A DNA stretch of 64,000 nucleotides from a bacterium (lineage in GTDB: Bacteria > UBA8248): NCBI GenBank assembly GCA_965221165.1, contig CBDCRP010000002.1:192001-256000 (forward strand), read 5' to 3'. The notes below the pieces were generated by a model that saw nothing but the letters and a program-made list of their open reading frames with translations, had not been told where the DNA came from and did not search any database. Of the stretch, positions 18,806-29,482 are shown in pieces (the stretch's first letter is position 1; each line of letters starts with the position of its first letter). Made by a program: the position numbers and the translations under genes.

Positions 18806-20402
18806 AATCGTCGTCAACGCCGAGCCGTTCGAGACACGCATTGCTCTGCTCGAAAACGGAGTAGCGGCTGAACTGTATATCGAACGGGAAGGCGGGAAAA
18901 GCATCGTCGGCAACATCTACAAGGGAAAAGTGACCAAAGTCCTGCCGGGGATGCAGGCGGCGTTCGTAGACATCGGGCTGGAAAAAGCGGGCTTTCTGTA
19001 CGTGAGCGACGTGGACACCATCGAGTCCATTGAAAATTACCGGAAACTTGCGGCTGAAGAAGCGGACGATGACGATGATCTCGATTTCGACGCCAACGAC
19101 TTCGGCAACGGAGACGACCACGAAGGCGGCGATGACGAGCAACAGAACGGCTCGCACCGCAACATCATCGGAAGGCGTTCGCGTCGTTGGGAGAAAGAAC
19201 GGCATATAGAAGACCTGCTCAAGGACGGCCAGGACGTCATCGTTCAAGTCAGCAAAGAACCCCTGGGCACCAAAGGCTCGAGGCTGACGAGCTACATCAC
19301 CCTGCCCGGTCGGTACGTCGTCTACATGCCCACGATCAAGCAGATTGGCATCAGCAGGCGAATCGAGAACGAAGAGGAAAGAAAAAGGCTCAAAAAGCTG
19401 GTCCGCAGGAACCGCCAACCCGGGGCCGGGTACATCGTACGCACGGCGAGCGAAACCATGCCCGCCCAGGACATCGAAGCCAACGTGAATTTCCTGCATG
19501 CCCTGTGGGAAGACATTCTAACCAAAAATGAATCGGCTTCCGCTCCATCCCGGATTCACCTGAATCTGAACATCATAGAACGAACCGTAAGGGATTTGTT
19601 CAATTCCTCCGTCAACAAGATGATCATCGACGACAAGGAACAATACCTGAAGACCAGGAAATTTCTGCAAAACTACTACCCGCACCTCGTTCCCAAACTC
19701 CACCACTACGATGGAGATGAACCGATATTCGACTATTTCGGCGTCGAACTCGAACTCGAACGCGCTCTCGGGCAGCGCGTGTGGCTCAGAAACGGCGGTT
19801 ACATAGTGATTGATCAGACCGAGGCGCTTACGACGATCGACGTCAACACCGGACGCTTCGTGGGCAAGAAGAGCCCGGAGGAAACGATTCTCGAAACCAA
19901 TCTGGAGGCGGTGCGGGAAATCGTATCCCAATTGCGCCTCCGGAACCTGGGCGGAATCATCATCGTCGATTTCATCGACATGGAAAACGAAGAAAACAGG
20001 GAGAAAGTATTCAACACCTTCAAGGAGGAACTCCGCAAAGACCGCTCGCGAACCAATATCTTGAAGATAAGCGAACTGGGGCTCGTCGAGATGACGCGAA
20101 AGCGTGTTCGGGACAGCATTCAGAGAACACTCTGCACCGCATGCCCCTATTGCGAGGGACGCGGCCAGGTGAAATCCGCGATCTCGGTAAGCTATGAAGC
20201 CATGCGAGAGGTGCGCCGAATGAGAAGAGCACACAAGGACGCGGCGAAATTCCTGATTAACGTCCACCCCGAGGTCGTCGACATCCTCCTCGATGAGGAG
20301 AGAAAACACGTGGAGGAACTCGAAAGCCTGCTCAGCATACAACTCGTCATCAAAGGCGACGCCGAACTCCATCGCGAAGGATTCGAAGTCGTTCGGCTAT
20401 GA
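18795..20402 (+). CDS. rng: Ribonuclease E/G family (RNase G-like)
   Basis: GNIYKGKV..VLPGMQAAFVDIG, TEALTTIDVNTG, LGGIIIVDFIDM and CPYC Zn link. Confidence 0.93.
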   Translation: MPSEIVVNAEPFETRIALLENGVAAELYIEREGGKSIVGNIYKGKVTKVLPGMQAAFVDIGLEKAGFLYVSDVDTIESIENYRKLAAEEADDDDDLDFDANDFGNGDDHEGGDDEQQNGSHRNIIGRRSRRWEKERHIEDLLKDGQDVIVQVSKEPLGTKGSRLTSYITLPGRYVVYMPTIKQIGISRRIENEEERKRLKKLVRRNRQPGAGYIVRTASETMPAQDIEANVNFLHALWEDILTKNESASAPSRIHLNLNIIERTVRDLFNSSVNKMIIDDKEQYLKTRKFLQNYYPHLVPKLHHYDGDEPIFDYFGVELELERALGQRVWLRNGGYIVIDQTEALTTIDVNTGRFVGKKSPEETILETNLEAVREIVSQLRLRNLGGIIIVDFIDMENEENREKVFNTFKEELRKDRSRTNILKISELGLVEMTRKRVRDSIQRTLCTACPYCEGRGQVKSAISVSYEAMREVRRMRRAHKDAAKFLINVHPEVVDILLDEERKHVEELESLLSIQLVIKGDAELHREGFEVVRL

Positions 20403-20453
20403 GAGGCATCCTCCCTCCCGTCCACGATTATGCCGCCATCGAGGATAGATGAA

Positions 20454-21245
20454 ATGCGGCGATGCTTATTCGCTTTGGTTTTCGTCATGTTGGCGGCCGG
20501 GTGCGCCAATCTCTTTCAACCCAAGCCGGAGTCCACCTCCTCGGAAGCGCCTCGGAGTGCTTCCGACATCAAGTCTCTCGAGAAAGAATCGTCGTCCGCG
20601 AAAAAACGGAATGCGGGCCTGGAGGCCCGTGTCTCCGGGACCGCCAGGAAACTCGAGAAACTGACCAAGGCCGTTCAGGACCTGAAAAGGAAAAACAGCG
20701 CCCTGGAAGTCACCGTCGAGCGACTGAGGCGAGAAAATATCACCAAAAAGAACTTCTCGATTCCATCAACCCCGCGAGGGAAGATGGGAGTGCGAAAACC
20801 CTCGCCCGGGGTGCGAGCCATGCCGCCCCAAAAGCCGAGACCCGGGCCAATCACCCCGCAAGAGCTCTACAACAGGTCGTATCGCGCCGTCAGGGACGGG
20901 AATACCGGTGAAGCCGTTCGTGGATTTCGCCGTTTCTTGCGCCTGTTTCCCAAGAGTCAACTGGCGCCCCATTCCCAGTATTGGCTCGGCGAGGCCTACT
21001 ACGCACTCAAGCAATACCCACAGGCTCTGGATGAATTTCTCAACGTCATCACCAGATACCCCAAAAGCCGCAAAATTCCGGATGCTTATTACAAACGAGG
21101 GCTTGCCTACATTCAGCGGAAATTTCCTGCCAACGCAACGCTTGAATTTGAAAAACTAATCCGACGTTTTCCCTCTCACCCGCTATCCAAACAGGCGAGA
21201 GTTCAACTCCAAAATCTCAAGCACTTCACCCGAAAAAAGCCCTGA
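20454..21245 (+). CDS. cpoB: CpoB/YbgF-like TPR lipoprotein
   Basis: Lipobox LAAGC, coiled coil, and TPR region with YWLGEAYY...YPKSRKIPDA. Likely ATG at 20454. Confidence 0.75.
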   Translation: MRRCLFALVFVMLAAGCANLFQPKPESTSSEAPRSASDIKSLEKESSSAKKRNAGLEARVSGTARKLEKLTKAVQDLKRKNSALEVTVERLRRENITKKNFSIPSTPRGKMGVRKPSPGVRAMPPQKPRPGPITPQELYNRSYRAVRDGNTGEAVRGFRRFLRLFPKSQLAPHSQYWLGEAYYALKQYPQALDEFLNVITRYPKSRKIPDAYYKRGLAYIQRKFPANATLEFEKLIRRFPSHPLSKQARVQLQNLKHFTRKKP

Positions 21246-21356
21246 TGGGGACAAATGAATCATCCTCCCGCTCGTCCCTGGGCTTTTCCCATGTCTTGAC
21301 ACGAGATACGGCCTCCGTGTTATGGATGCAGGGGTAATTATCGCCGGAGATCGTGA

Positions 21357-22547
21357 ATGAGCACCTGGAACTCCATCATGCGCTCTCAAAATCAAGGCTC
21401 TTTGGGCCTCGCCGACGCTTGGCTCGTCCTGCAGACCCTCCCGGGCATGACTCCCGAACGCCTGAATCGATTGACGGAGGCGTTTCCGAATCCTGCGGAG
21501 GTTTTCGAGGCGCCTCCCGATGTGTTCGCGCGCCTTTGCGGCCGGAAAGCGCGTGAAGTTCTCGAAAAGGATTCTCCCTTCGATCTCGCCGCCAAAATCC
21601 GCCAAGAGGCGTCGAAACTAGGCGCAGAGATAATTACGCGCGATTCCGGGCAATATCCCGAGACCCTGCGCGAGATTTATTCGCCACCGGGCGCATTTTT
21701 CGCCGAAGGTGAAATTCTGGCGGCGGATAGCCTGGCCGTCGCCATCGTCGGCATGCGGCGTCCCACGGACTATGGAAGGCGGGTGGCGAGAGGGCTTGCG
21801 GCCGACCTCGCCAGAAAGGGAGTCACCATCGTCAGCGGCATGGCCTACGGCATCGATGCGGAAGCCCACAGGGCCACGCTCGAGGCGGGAGGCAGAACCA
21901 TTGCCGTCCTCGGATGCGGCCTGACCCAGAACTACCCGGCCGACCACAAGGAACTCAGACAAGAGATAGCCGCCAACGGGGCCGTGGTATCCGAATTCCA
22001 CCTTCGCGCGCATCCGAGGAAAGAGAATTTTCCGAGGAGAAACCGCCTGATCAGCGGCTTGTCTCTGGCGACCATCGTCGTCGAGGCCGCGCAGCGAAGC
22101 GGGGCGCTCCTGACCGCCCGGCTGGCGCTGGAGCAAGGTCGCGAGGTGATGGCCGTGCCGGGGCCCGTTCATACCCAAAAGAGCACCGGCTGCCATCGTC
22201 TGCTCAAAGAAGGGGCGCATTTGGTGGAAAATGCGGACGATATCGTCAACGCTCTTCCAGAATACACACGAAGTATGCTAGATAATCCAGCGCAACTCCG
22301 GGTCAAGGCGTTGCGCCCTGAAACAAGCGAAGCGGAAGCAGTGGCAAGAGCGGCGCCGCACCCGAATCTCACGGATGATGAAAATGCGCTTTTGCGCTTG
22401 CTGGAGAACGGGGACAACACCATAGAGGAATTGACCCGACAGCGAGGACTGCCGGCGCAGGAAGTCTCATCCGCTTTACTGCGCCTGGAATTGGAAGGCT
22501 TGGTAAGACAAACGAATTCAGGTATGTACGAACGGATTCCGTCCTAA
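21357..22547 (+). CDS. dprA: DNA-processing protein DprA
   Basis: AIVG.R..T.YG, VSGMAYGID, FPRRNRLISGLS, VVEA...SGAL and a C-terminal winged helix. Confidence 0.95.
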   Translation: MSTWNSIMRSQNQGSLGLADAWLVLQTLPGMTPERLNRLTEAFPNPAEVFEAPPDVFARLCGRKAREVLEKDSPFDLAAKIRQEASKLGAEIITRDSGQYPETLREIYSPPGAFFAEGEILAADSLAVAIVGMRRPTDYGRRVARGLAADLARKGVTIVSGMAYGIDAEAHRATLEAGGRTIAVLGCGLTQNYPADHKELRQEIAANGAVVSEFHLRAHPRKENFPRRNRLISGLSLATIVVEAAQRSGALLTARLALEQGREVMAVPGPVHTQKSTGCHRLLKEGAHLVENADDIVNALPEYTRSMLDNPAQLRVKALRPETSEAEAVARAAPHPNLTDDENALLRLLENGDNTIEELTRQRGLPAQEVSSALLRLELEGLVRQTNSGMYERIPS

Positions 22548-22764
22548 GGGAGAATCTTGCTTGCCGATAGGGAATCTCAGCCTTGCGCGATAAAATGTAT
22601 CCGTTGGCGAAACGCCCGGTGGCATCCTCGTTAGAAGGCGAAAACGTCATCCTGAAAGAACGTGTCAGCGCAAGCGACCGCAAGTCGAGAGACGATAGCC
22701 GCCCACCGAGAAAATTTCTCCGCCTATTTCGCCCGAAGGGCAATCAGTGGGTATGAGTAAATAA

Positions 22765-25335
22765 ATGACCGAAAAAAAAGCATCAAACAAAGCGGCAGCG
22801 AAACACTCTTCGACCAGGAGCAAAAAGACGCCTTCGGGCAAAAGCGCCTCCCGGGGCGCGCAAAACAAAAAATCCGCGTCCAAACTCCTCATCGTGGAAT
22901 CGCCGACGAAAGTGCGCACCATCCGGAAATTCCTGGGCTCGGATTTCGACATCCTCGCATCAAGAGGCCATGTGCGGGATTTGCGGAAAACGGGTGAGCG
23001 CAAAATGGGAATAGACGTCCACAATGATTTTGAAGCCGACTACGGCGTCATCCAGGGAAAACTGAAAACGATAGCCCAGTTGCGCAAGGCCGCCACGGCG
23101 GCGAAAGAAATCTATCTGGCCCCGGATCCGGACCGCGAGGGGGAAGCCATTGCCTGGCATATCCAGGAACTCCTCGAGGGTTCCGGCGCCGAGAGAGAAT
23201 TCTATCGGGTAACGTTCAACGAGATTACACGAAGAGCCGTGCAGGAGGCGCTCTCGAAACCCGGACGAATCGATCAGAGAAAAGTGGACGCGCAGGAAAC
23301 CCGCAGAAAGCTGGACCGAATCGTGGGCTTCAAGCTCTCCGGTGAAATCCTCTGGAACAAGGTAGCGTTCGGCCTCAGCGCGGGACGGGTGCAGTCGGTC
23401 GCCCTGAAACTCATATGCGAGCGGGAAGAGGCGATAGAGGCCTTTGAACCGAAAGAATACTGGAGCATCACGGCGCATCTCGAAAAAGCTGGCTCAGAGC
23501 CCCGGTTTGAAGCGAAATTGCACCGGATCAACGGAAAAGAAGAGGAAATCCCGAACGAATTCCGGGTGAGGGAACTGGCGGAAAAAATAGCGACCGGCGC
23601 TTTGAGGGTTTCCAAAGTAGAGAAAAAAGAGCGTCGGCGCAGACCGTCCGCTCCCTTTATCACCAGCACCTTGCAGCAGGAAAGTTCCAGCAAATTGCGT
23701 TATGGCGCAAAAAAAACCATGAGCATTGCGCAATCCCTGTACGAGGGGGTGAATTTAGGACGGGATGCGGGAAACGTCGGCCTCATCACCTATATGAGAA
23801 CGGACTCCGTTCGCCTGGCGCCCGAATCCATCGCCGCGGCTCGCTCATATATCGAGACGAAATACGGAAAGGACCACCTCCCCCCGAAACCCAACTTCTT
23901 CAAGACGAGAGAGACTGCCCAGGACGCGCACGAGGCGATTCGTCCCACCGACGTCCTCCTCACGCCCGAGAAGGTGCGGTCTTTCCTGAAACCCGAACAA
24001 TTCTTCCTCTACAGCCTCATCTGGCGGCGCTTCCTTGCGAGCCAGATGGCGCCGGCCGTCTACGATCAAACGAGCGTGGATATCTCCCTGGATCGCCACG
24101 CGGAAAACATCGCGGCCGAGGAGAAACTCCTTCTGCGGGCGAGTGGTTCGGTCTTGAAATTCAAGGGTTTTCTCAGCGTCTACCAGAACACCACCGAATC
24201 CCTGAACGATGCGAATGCCCCGAGAGCCAAGCCGTCCAATTCCGAGCAGGACAGGCTCCTGCCCCCTCTGGAAGACGGCGACCCTCTATCGCTCGTAAAA
24301 TCCGAATCCGCTCCCACCGGCGTTGCGCCCGAGCAGCATTTCACCCAGCCTCCGCCACGCTATACGGAAGCCTCTTTGGTGAAAGAACTCGAAGAAGACG
24401 GCGTCGGCCGGCCGAGCACCTATGCGAGCATTCTGGATACGTTGGAAAAACGCAAATACGCCACCATCGAAAGAAAACGCAGACAGTTTACGCCCTCCCT
24501 TCTCGGCCGGGAGGTGAACCGTCTTCTCATGCAGGGCTTTCCCGACCAAATCGACGTGGGCTTTACCGCGAAAATGGAAAAATATCTGGATGACATCGAA
24601 AACGGGACGACTCCATGGCTGCCCGTCATGAAAGATTTCTATGACAGTTTCGACAAAAAAATTCAGATAGCCAAAAAGGAATTGCCGAGTCTGAAGACGA
24701 AAGGAGAGCCAATCGGCAGAAACTGTCCTGAATGCGAGCGCGAACTGGTGAAGAAATTCAGCAAAAACGGCTGGTTTATTTCCTGCTCGGGATATCCGGG
24801 CTGCCGTTATTCAGAAAACATTCCCGGCGAGAGTGAGCCTGAACCGGAAGCAGCGGAGGAGATGGCTCGCATCGAGGAAATCGCCTCGCCTTGCGAGGAG
24901 TGCGGCGCGCCCATGCAGGCGAAGCGCGGACCTTTCGGATTATATCTATCCTGCACGGCATTCCCCGATGCGCACAAGAAAAGAAAAGCACCCGCCAATG
25001 GACAGGCAACCACAGGCCCCAAGCCGACCGGCGTGCGTTGTCCCCGTGATGGCTGCGACGGGGAACTGGTGGAGCGGCGTTCTCGTCGCACCGGAAAACC
25101 ATTTTACGGGTGCAATCGTTTTCCGGCGTGCAAGACGGTCTCCTGGGATTGGCCCGTGGCGCAGCCCTGCCCTTCTTGCGGGCACCCCATCCTCAACATC
25201 AAGACGACCAAGAAAAACGGAACCCGGCTCGTTTGCCCCCAAAAAGACTGTGGCCACGCGGCGCCATGCCCTCCAGAACGCATCGAGCAGATGGAAGCCT
25301 CTAAAACCCCTTCAACCCAGGAGGCTTCGGCTTGA
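22765..25335 (+). CDS. topA: DNA topoisomerase I
   Basis: IVESPTK, DPDREGE, SAGRVQS, LITYMRTDS (catalytic Tyr), GRPSTY and C-terminal Zn ribbons. Confidence 0.97.
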   Translation: MTEKKASNKAAAKHSSTRSKKTPSGKSASRGAQNKKSASKLLIVESPTKVRTIRKFLGSDFDILASRGHVRDLRKTGERKMGIDVHNDFEADYGVIQGKLKTIAQLRKAATAAKEIYLAPDPDREGEAIAWHIQELLEGSGAEREFYRVTFNEITRRAVQEALSKPGRIDQRKVDAQETRRKLDRIVGFKLSGEILWNKVAFGLSAGRVQSVALKLICEREEAIEAFEPKEYWSITAHLEKAGSEPRFEAKLHRINGKEEEIPNEFRVRELAEKIATGALRVSKVEKKERRRRPSAPFITSTLQQESSSKLRYGAKKTMSIAQSLYEGVNLGRDAGNVGLITYMRTDSVRLAPESIAAARSYIETKYGKDHLPPKPNFFKTRETAQDAHEAIRPTDVLLTPEKVRSFLKPEQFFLYSLIWRRFLASQMAPAVYDQTSVDISLDRHAENIAAEEKLLLRASGSVLKFKGFLSVYQNTTESLNDANAPRAKPSNSEQDRLLPPLEDGDPLSLVKSESAPTGVAPEQHFTQPPPRYTEASLVKELEEDGVGRPSTYASILDTLEKRKYATIERKRRQFTPSLLGREVNRLLMQGFPDQIDVGFTAKMEKYLDDIENGTTPWLPVMKDFYDSFDKKIQIAKKELPSLKTKGEPIGRNCPECERELVKKFSKNGWFISCSGYPGCRYSENIPGESEPEPEAAEEMARIEEIASPCEECGAPMQAKRGPFGLYLSCTAFPDAHKKRKAPANGQATTGPKPTGVRCPRDGCDGELVERRSRRTGKPFYGCNRFPACKTVSWDWPVAQPCPSCGHPILNIKTTKKNGTRLVCPQKDCGHAAPCPPERIEQMEASKTPSTQEASA

Positions 25336-26666
25336 ACGAGAGGCTGCGAATAATCGGCGGAGGTCTCGCGGGCTGCGAGGCCGCATGGCAGGCGGCCAAA
25401 CGAGGCGTTGGTGTCGATCTGTACGAGATGCGTCCCCACATCAAAACGCCCGCGCATGAAACGACCGAGTTGGCCGAACTCGTTTGTTCAAACTCTTTTC
25501 GCTCGAATTCCATGGAAAACGCCTCGGGCCTGCTGAAAGAAGAGATGCGCAAGCTCGATTCGCTCATCCTGCGGGGTGCGGATTCCTGCCGGGTTCCCGC
25601 AGGTCTGGCGTTGGCCGTCGATCGTTCGTCTTTCAGCAAGACGATCACCGAAATAGTCGAAAACGACCCGCGAATCACCCTTCATCGAGAGGAAATCAGG
25701 GATTTAGAAGCCAAAATTCCCACCATCGTCGCCACCGGCCCGTTGACGAGCGATTCCCTTTCCGCAGAAATCGCCCGCCTGACGCAAGGCAAGTATCTGT
25801 ATTTCTATGATGCCATTTCGCCCATCCTGCACGCGGACAGCATCGACATGTCGGTGGCGTTCATGGGCTCGCGCTACGGAAAGGGCAACGAGGAAGGCGG
25901 CGAGGGCGACTATCTCAACTTGGGGCTCAACGAATCGGAGTACTATGAATTCGTCGAGTATCTCCTGGCCGGCGAGAAAATACCTCTCCGTGAATTCGAA
26001 CGCGCGATCTACTTCGAAGGGTGCCTCCCCCTCGAAGAAATGGCCGCTCGCGGAAAAGATACCCTGGCATTCGGGCCGATGAAGCCCGTGGGTCTGGAAC
26101 ACCCCGAAACGGGAGAAACATACAGCGCGGTCGCTCAACTCAGGCGCGAGGATTTAACGGGAGATTACTTCTCGATGGTGGGCTTTCAGACCAGGCTGCG
26201 CTACCCGGAGCAAAAGCGCATTTTCTCGACGCTTCCCGCTCTTGAGAACGCGCGCTTTTTGCGCTACGGCAGCCTGCACCGGAACACCTACATCAACGCG
26301 CCGCGCCTGCTGCGGATTACCTTGCAACTCAAGCGTCACCCGCATATCTTCATGGCGGGCCAGCTCACCGGCGTCGAAGGGTACCTCGAATCGGCCGCCA
26401 TCGGCCTCCTCGCGGGAATCAACGCGGTCGCCACCATCCAGGGAGAACCGGTCGTTCCCCCGCCCCCCACAACGGCGCTCGGCGCTTTGAACCGCTACAT
26501 CATCGAAGCGAATCCGAGAAATTTCCAGCCCATGAACATCAACTTCGGCCTTTTCCCGCCCCTGGAAAAACGAGTCCCCAAAAAGTTCAGGAAAAGGCAC
26601 GTCACCAATCGCGCCATCAAGGATTTGGAGCAATGGCGAAACACGCTCGCATCACAAACAGCCTGA
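25332..26666 (+). CDS. trmFO: Folate-dependent tRNA m5U54 methyltransferase
   Basis: IIGGGLAGCEAA, ELVCSNS, FGPMKPVGL and AGQLTGVEGY. Confidence 0.95.
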   Translation: MNERLRIIGGGLAGCEAAWQAAKRGVGVDLYEMRPHIKTPAHETTELAELVCSNSFRSNSMENASGLLKEEMRKLDSLILRGADSCRVPAGLALAVDRSSFSKTITEIVENDPRITLHREEIRDLEAKIPTIVATGPLTSDSLSAEIARLTQGKYLYFYDAISPILHADSIDMSVAFMGSRYGKGNEEGGEGDYLNLGLNESEYYEFVEYLLAGEKIPLREFERAIYFEGCLPLEEMAARGKDTLAFGPMKPVGLEHPETGETYSAVAQLRREDLTGDYFSMVGFQTRLRYPEQKRIFSTLPALENARFLRYGSLHRNTYINAPRLLRITLQLKRHPHIFMAGQLTGVEGYLESAAIGLLAGINAVATIQGEPVVPPPPTTALGALNRYIIEANPRNFQPMNINFGLFPPLEKRVPKKFRKRHVTNRAIKDLEQWRNTLASQTA

Positions 26667-27592
26667 GCGAGGCTCGGGAATGGTTCGAAGCGCATCTGCG
26701 CGATGAGCGCGACAGTTCCGAGCACACGATTCGCGCCTACGCGGCGGACTTGAAAGACTTCGATGCGTTTCTCGCCGACTGGGCGCAGAAGCCTGTTCCG
26801 CTGGACGAAATCGACTCTTTGGCCATCCGTGGCTATCTCGGCTTTCTGTACCGCAGGGGAACCTCCGCAACGACTGTAAATCGACATTTGTCGAGCATAC
26901 GCAGCCTCTTTCGCTTTTTAAGGCAAGAGGGTTTCTCCCTCGCCGACCCGGCGGCTGAAGTGCCCTCCCCCAAGGAAAAAAGGCCCTTGCCCACCTTCTT
27001 GCCCGTCGACGACGCCGTTCGCCTCATGGAGATGCCCGACACCTCGACCCCCGAAGGCCTCAGGGACAAGGCGATTTTCGAGCTTCTTTACGGCTCGGGC
27101 TTGCGGGTCAGCGAATTGACGGGGTTGAACCGCGCTGATTTGAACATGGGGGAAAGGCTCATCCGCGTTCGCGGAAAAGGAAGAAAAGAGAGAATCGTTC
27201 CCATCACGAAAGAGGCGGCCAAAGCCGTAGCCGGCCACCTCGCGCAAATGGAAATGGACCCACTCGAGGATTCGCCTCTTTTCATCAGCAAGCGAAACAA
27301 AAGGATTTCTCCGGCCTTCGTGCGCTCCATCTTCCGCGCGTATGAAAAAAAAGGCGGTTTCAGCTATCATTTCACACCTCATGCCCTTCGCCATACGGCG
27401 GCGACGCATTTGCTGGAGAGCCAGGAGGCCGACCTGAGATCGATTCAGGAACTTTTGGGGCACGCGAGCCTATCCACGACACAAAGATACACGCAGGTGG
27501 ACTTCTCTCATCTGCGCGCCGTGTATGACGACGCGCACCCCAGGGCGAAGATGAAAACGCAAACGAGGATGACCAATGACGACGCCGGGTAA
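26633..27592 (+). CDS. xerC: Tyrosine recombinase XerC
   Basis: [24 protein letters not shown] and [14 protein letters not shown]. Sits in the usual trmFO-xerC-hslV context. Exact start uncertain. Confidence 0.85.
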   Translation: MAKHARITNSLSEAREWFEAHLRDERDSSEHTIRAYAADLKDFDAFLADWAQKPVPLDEIDSLAIRGYLGFLYRRGTSATTVNRHLSSIRSLFRFLRQEGFSLADPAAEVPSPKEKRPLPTFLPVDDAVRLMEMPDTSTPEGLRDKAIFELLYGSGLRVSELTGLNRADLNMGERLIRVRGKGRKERIVPITKEAAKAVAGHLAQMEMDPLEDSPLFISKRNKRISPAFVRSIFRAYEKKGGFSYHFTPHALRHTAATHLLESQEADLRSIQELLGHASLSTTQRYTQVDFSHLRAVYDDAHPRAKMKTQTRMTNDDAG

Positions 27593-28124
27593 AATCATTC
27601 GCTCGACCACGATTCTCACGCTGCGCTACAAAGGCCAAACGGCCTTGGGGGGAGATGGGCAGGTCACCATGGGGGACGCGGCCGTAAAACACGGAGCCGT
27701 GAAAATCCGCAAGCTCGGCAACGGGAAAGTGCTCGCCGGTTTTGCGGGTTCGGCTTCGGACGCCATCGCCCTGTTCGAGCGATTCGAGGGGAAACTCGAA
27801 GAATACCGGGGAAACTTGTCGCGCGCCGCCGTGGAGATGGGCAAAGACTGGAGGACGGACAGGGTCCTGCGCCGTCTGGAAGCCCTTCTGGCGGTGGCGG
27901 ACAAGGAAACCTCGCTCATTCTTTCCGGCACGGGCGACATCATCGAGCCGGATGACGGCGTACTCGGAATCGGCAGCGGCGGACCCATGGCGACCGCCGC
28001 CGCGCGAGGCATACTGAGTCTGGAGCCCGACCTCGGCGCCGATGAAATCGTAAGGAATTCTCTGGAAATCGCAGCGGACATCTGCATCTACACCAACAAG
28101 AACATTTCAGTGGAAGTGCTTTGA
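27576..28124 (+). CDS. hslV: ATP-dependent protease peptidase subunit HslV
   Basis: STTIL (N-terminal Thr nucleophile), GDGQVT, GFAG, IGSGG and ICIYTN. Confidence 0.96.
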   Translation: MTTPGKIIRSTTILTLRYKGQTALGGDGQVTMGDAAVKHGAVKIRKLGNGKVLAGFAGSASDAIALFERFEGKLEEYRGNLSRAAVEMGKDWRTDRVLRRLEALLAVADKETSLILSGTGDIIEPDDGVLGIGSGGPMATAAARGILSLEPDLGADEIVRNSLEIAADICIYTNKNISVEVL

Positions 28125-29482
28125 TGGAAAACCTCACACCCGCACGAATCGTCGAGGAACTCGACAGATACGTCATCGGCCAGCAAGACGCCAAAAGAGC
28201 GGTGGCGATTGCGCTCAGAAACCGCTGGCGCAGACAGCAACTGCCGCCCGAGATGGCGGAGGACGTAGCGCCCAAGAACATCATCATGATAGGCCCCACC
28301 GGCGTGGGGAAGACCGAGATCGCAAGACGCCTGGCCAAGCTCACGAAAAGCCCCTTCATCAAGGTCGAAGCCAGCAAGTTCACGGAAGTGGGCTACGTGG
28401 GCCGCGACGTCGAGAGCATGATTCGAGACCTCGTCGAGCTGGCGCGAAACATCCTTCAGGAAGAACAGCGCGAGATCAACAAGAACAAAGCCCAGGAACT
28501 GGCCGAAGAGCGCCTCCTGGACATGCTTTTGCCGCATCCCCCCGGATTCGGCGCAATGGACGAACGCGGTCAATCCAAGGACCCGCTCGGCGAGGAAAGC
28601 TACCAGCGCACACGGGAAAAATTTCGCGCCCTGCTGCTCGAGGGCAAACTCGACGACCGGGAAGTGGAACTGGAAGTGGCGGACAAAGGCCCCGAAATTC
28701 ACTTCATGGGCGGGAACGACATGGAGCAAATGGGCATCAACATGAAGGAAATCATGGGAAACTTCATGCCCCAGGGCTCCAAGAGCAGGCGCATGAATGT
28801 GCCGGAGGCCTTTGCATTCCTCGCCCAGGAGGAGGCGGACAAACTCATCGACCCCGACAGCCTCAACACCGAGGCGATTGAACGCACGGAGCAATCCGGC
28901 ATCGTGTTTCTCGATGAAATCGACAAGGTCGCTTCTCAAAACAACGGACGCGGCGGCCCCGACGTCTCGCGCGAAGGCGTGCAAAGAGACCTGCTTCCCA
29001 TCGTGGAGGGCTCCACCGTACAGACCAAATATGGCCCCGTAAAGACAGACCATATCCTGTTCATTGCGGCGGGAGCGTTCCACATCGCCAAACCATCGGA
29101 CCTTCTGCCCGAGTTGCAGGGCCGGTTCCCCATCCGCGTGGAATTGAACTCCCTGGACCGCGGTGATTTCATCCGCATACTCCAGGAACCCGAGAATGCG
29201 CTGGTGCGGCAATACCCCGCTCTCCTGGCGACGGAGGGCGTCACCATTACTTTCGAGGAAGACGCCGTAGAGGAAGTGGCCAATTTCGCCTTCCGCATCA
29301 ATGAGCAGACCGAGAACATCGGGGCCAGAAGACTGCACACCATCATGGAGCGGCTCCTCGAGGAAATTTCCTTCCAGGCGCCGGAGATGTCCGGGGAAAA
29401 CGTGAAGATCGACGCCGCCTACGTGCGCGAACGCCTCAGCGATATCGTCGAAGATATTGACTTAAGCCGTTATATTCTCTAA
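28124..29482 (+). CDS. hslU: ATP-dependent protease ATPase subunit HslU
   Basis: [36 protein letters not shown] and NIGARRL. TGATG overlap with hslV. Confidence 0.97.
   Translation: MENLTPARIVEELDRYVIGQQDAKRAVAIALRNRWRRQQLPPEMAEDVAPKNIIMIGPTGVGKTEIARRLAKLTKSPFIKVEASKFTEVGYVGRDVESMIRDLVELARNILQEEQREINKNKAQELAEERLLDMLLPHPPGFGAMDERGQSKDPLGEESYQRTREKFRALLLEGKLDDREVELEVADKGPEIHFMGGNDMEQMGINMKEIMGNFMPQGSKSRRMNVPEAFAFLAQEEADKLIDPDSLNTEAIERTEQSGIVFLDEIDKVASQNNGRGGPDVSREGVQRDLLPIVEGSTVQTKYGPVKTDHILFIAAGAFHIAKPSDLLPELQGRFPIRVELNSLDRGDFIRILQEPENALVRQYPALLATEGVTITFEEDAVEEVANFAFRINEQTENIGARRLHTIMERLLEEISFQAPEMSGENVKIDAAYVRERLSDIVEDIDLSRYIL

Noticed and set aside
26633-27592. Tyrosine recombinase as a phage or island integrase
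   Set aside because: It sits in the housekeeping topA-trmFO-xerC-hslVU context, with no att site, tRNA or cargo genes.
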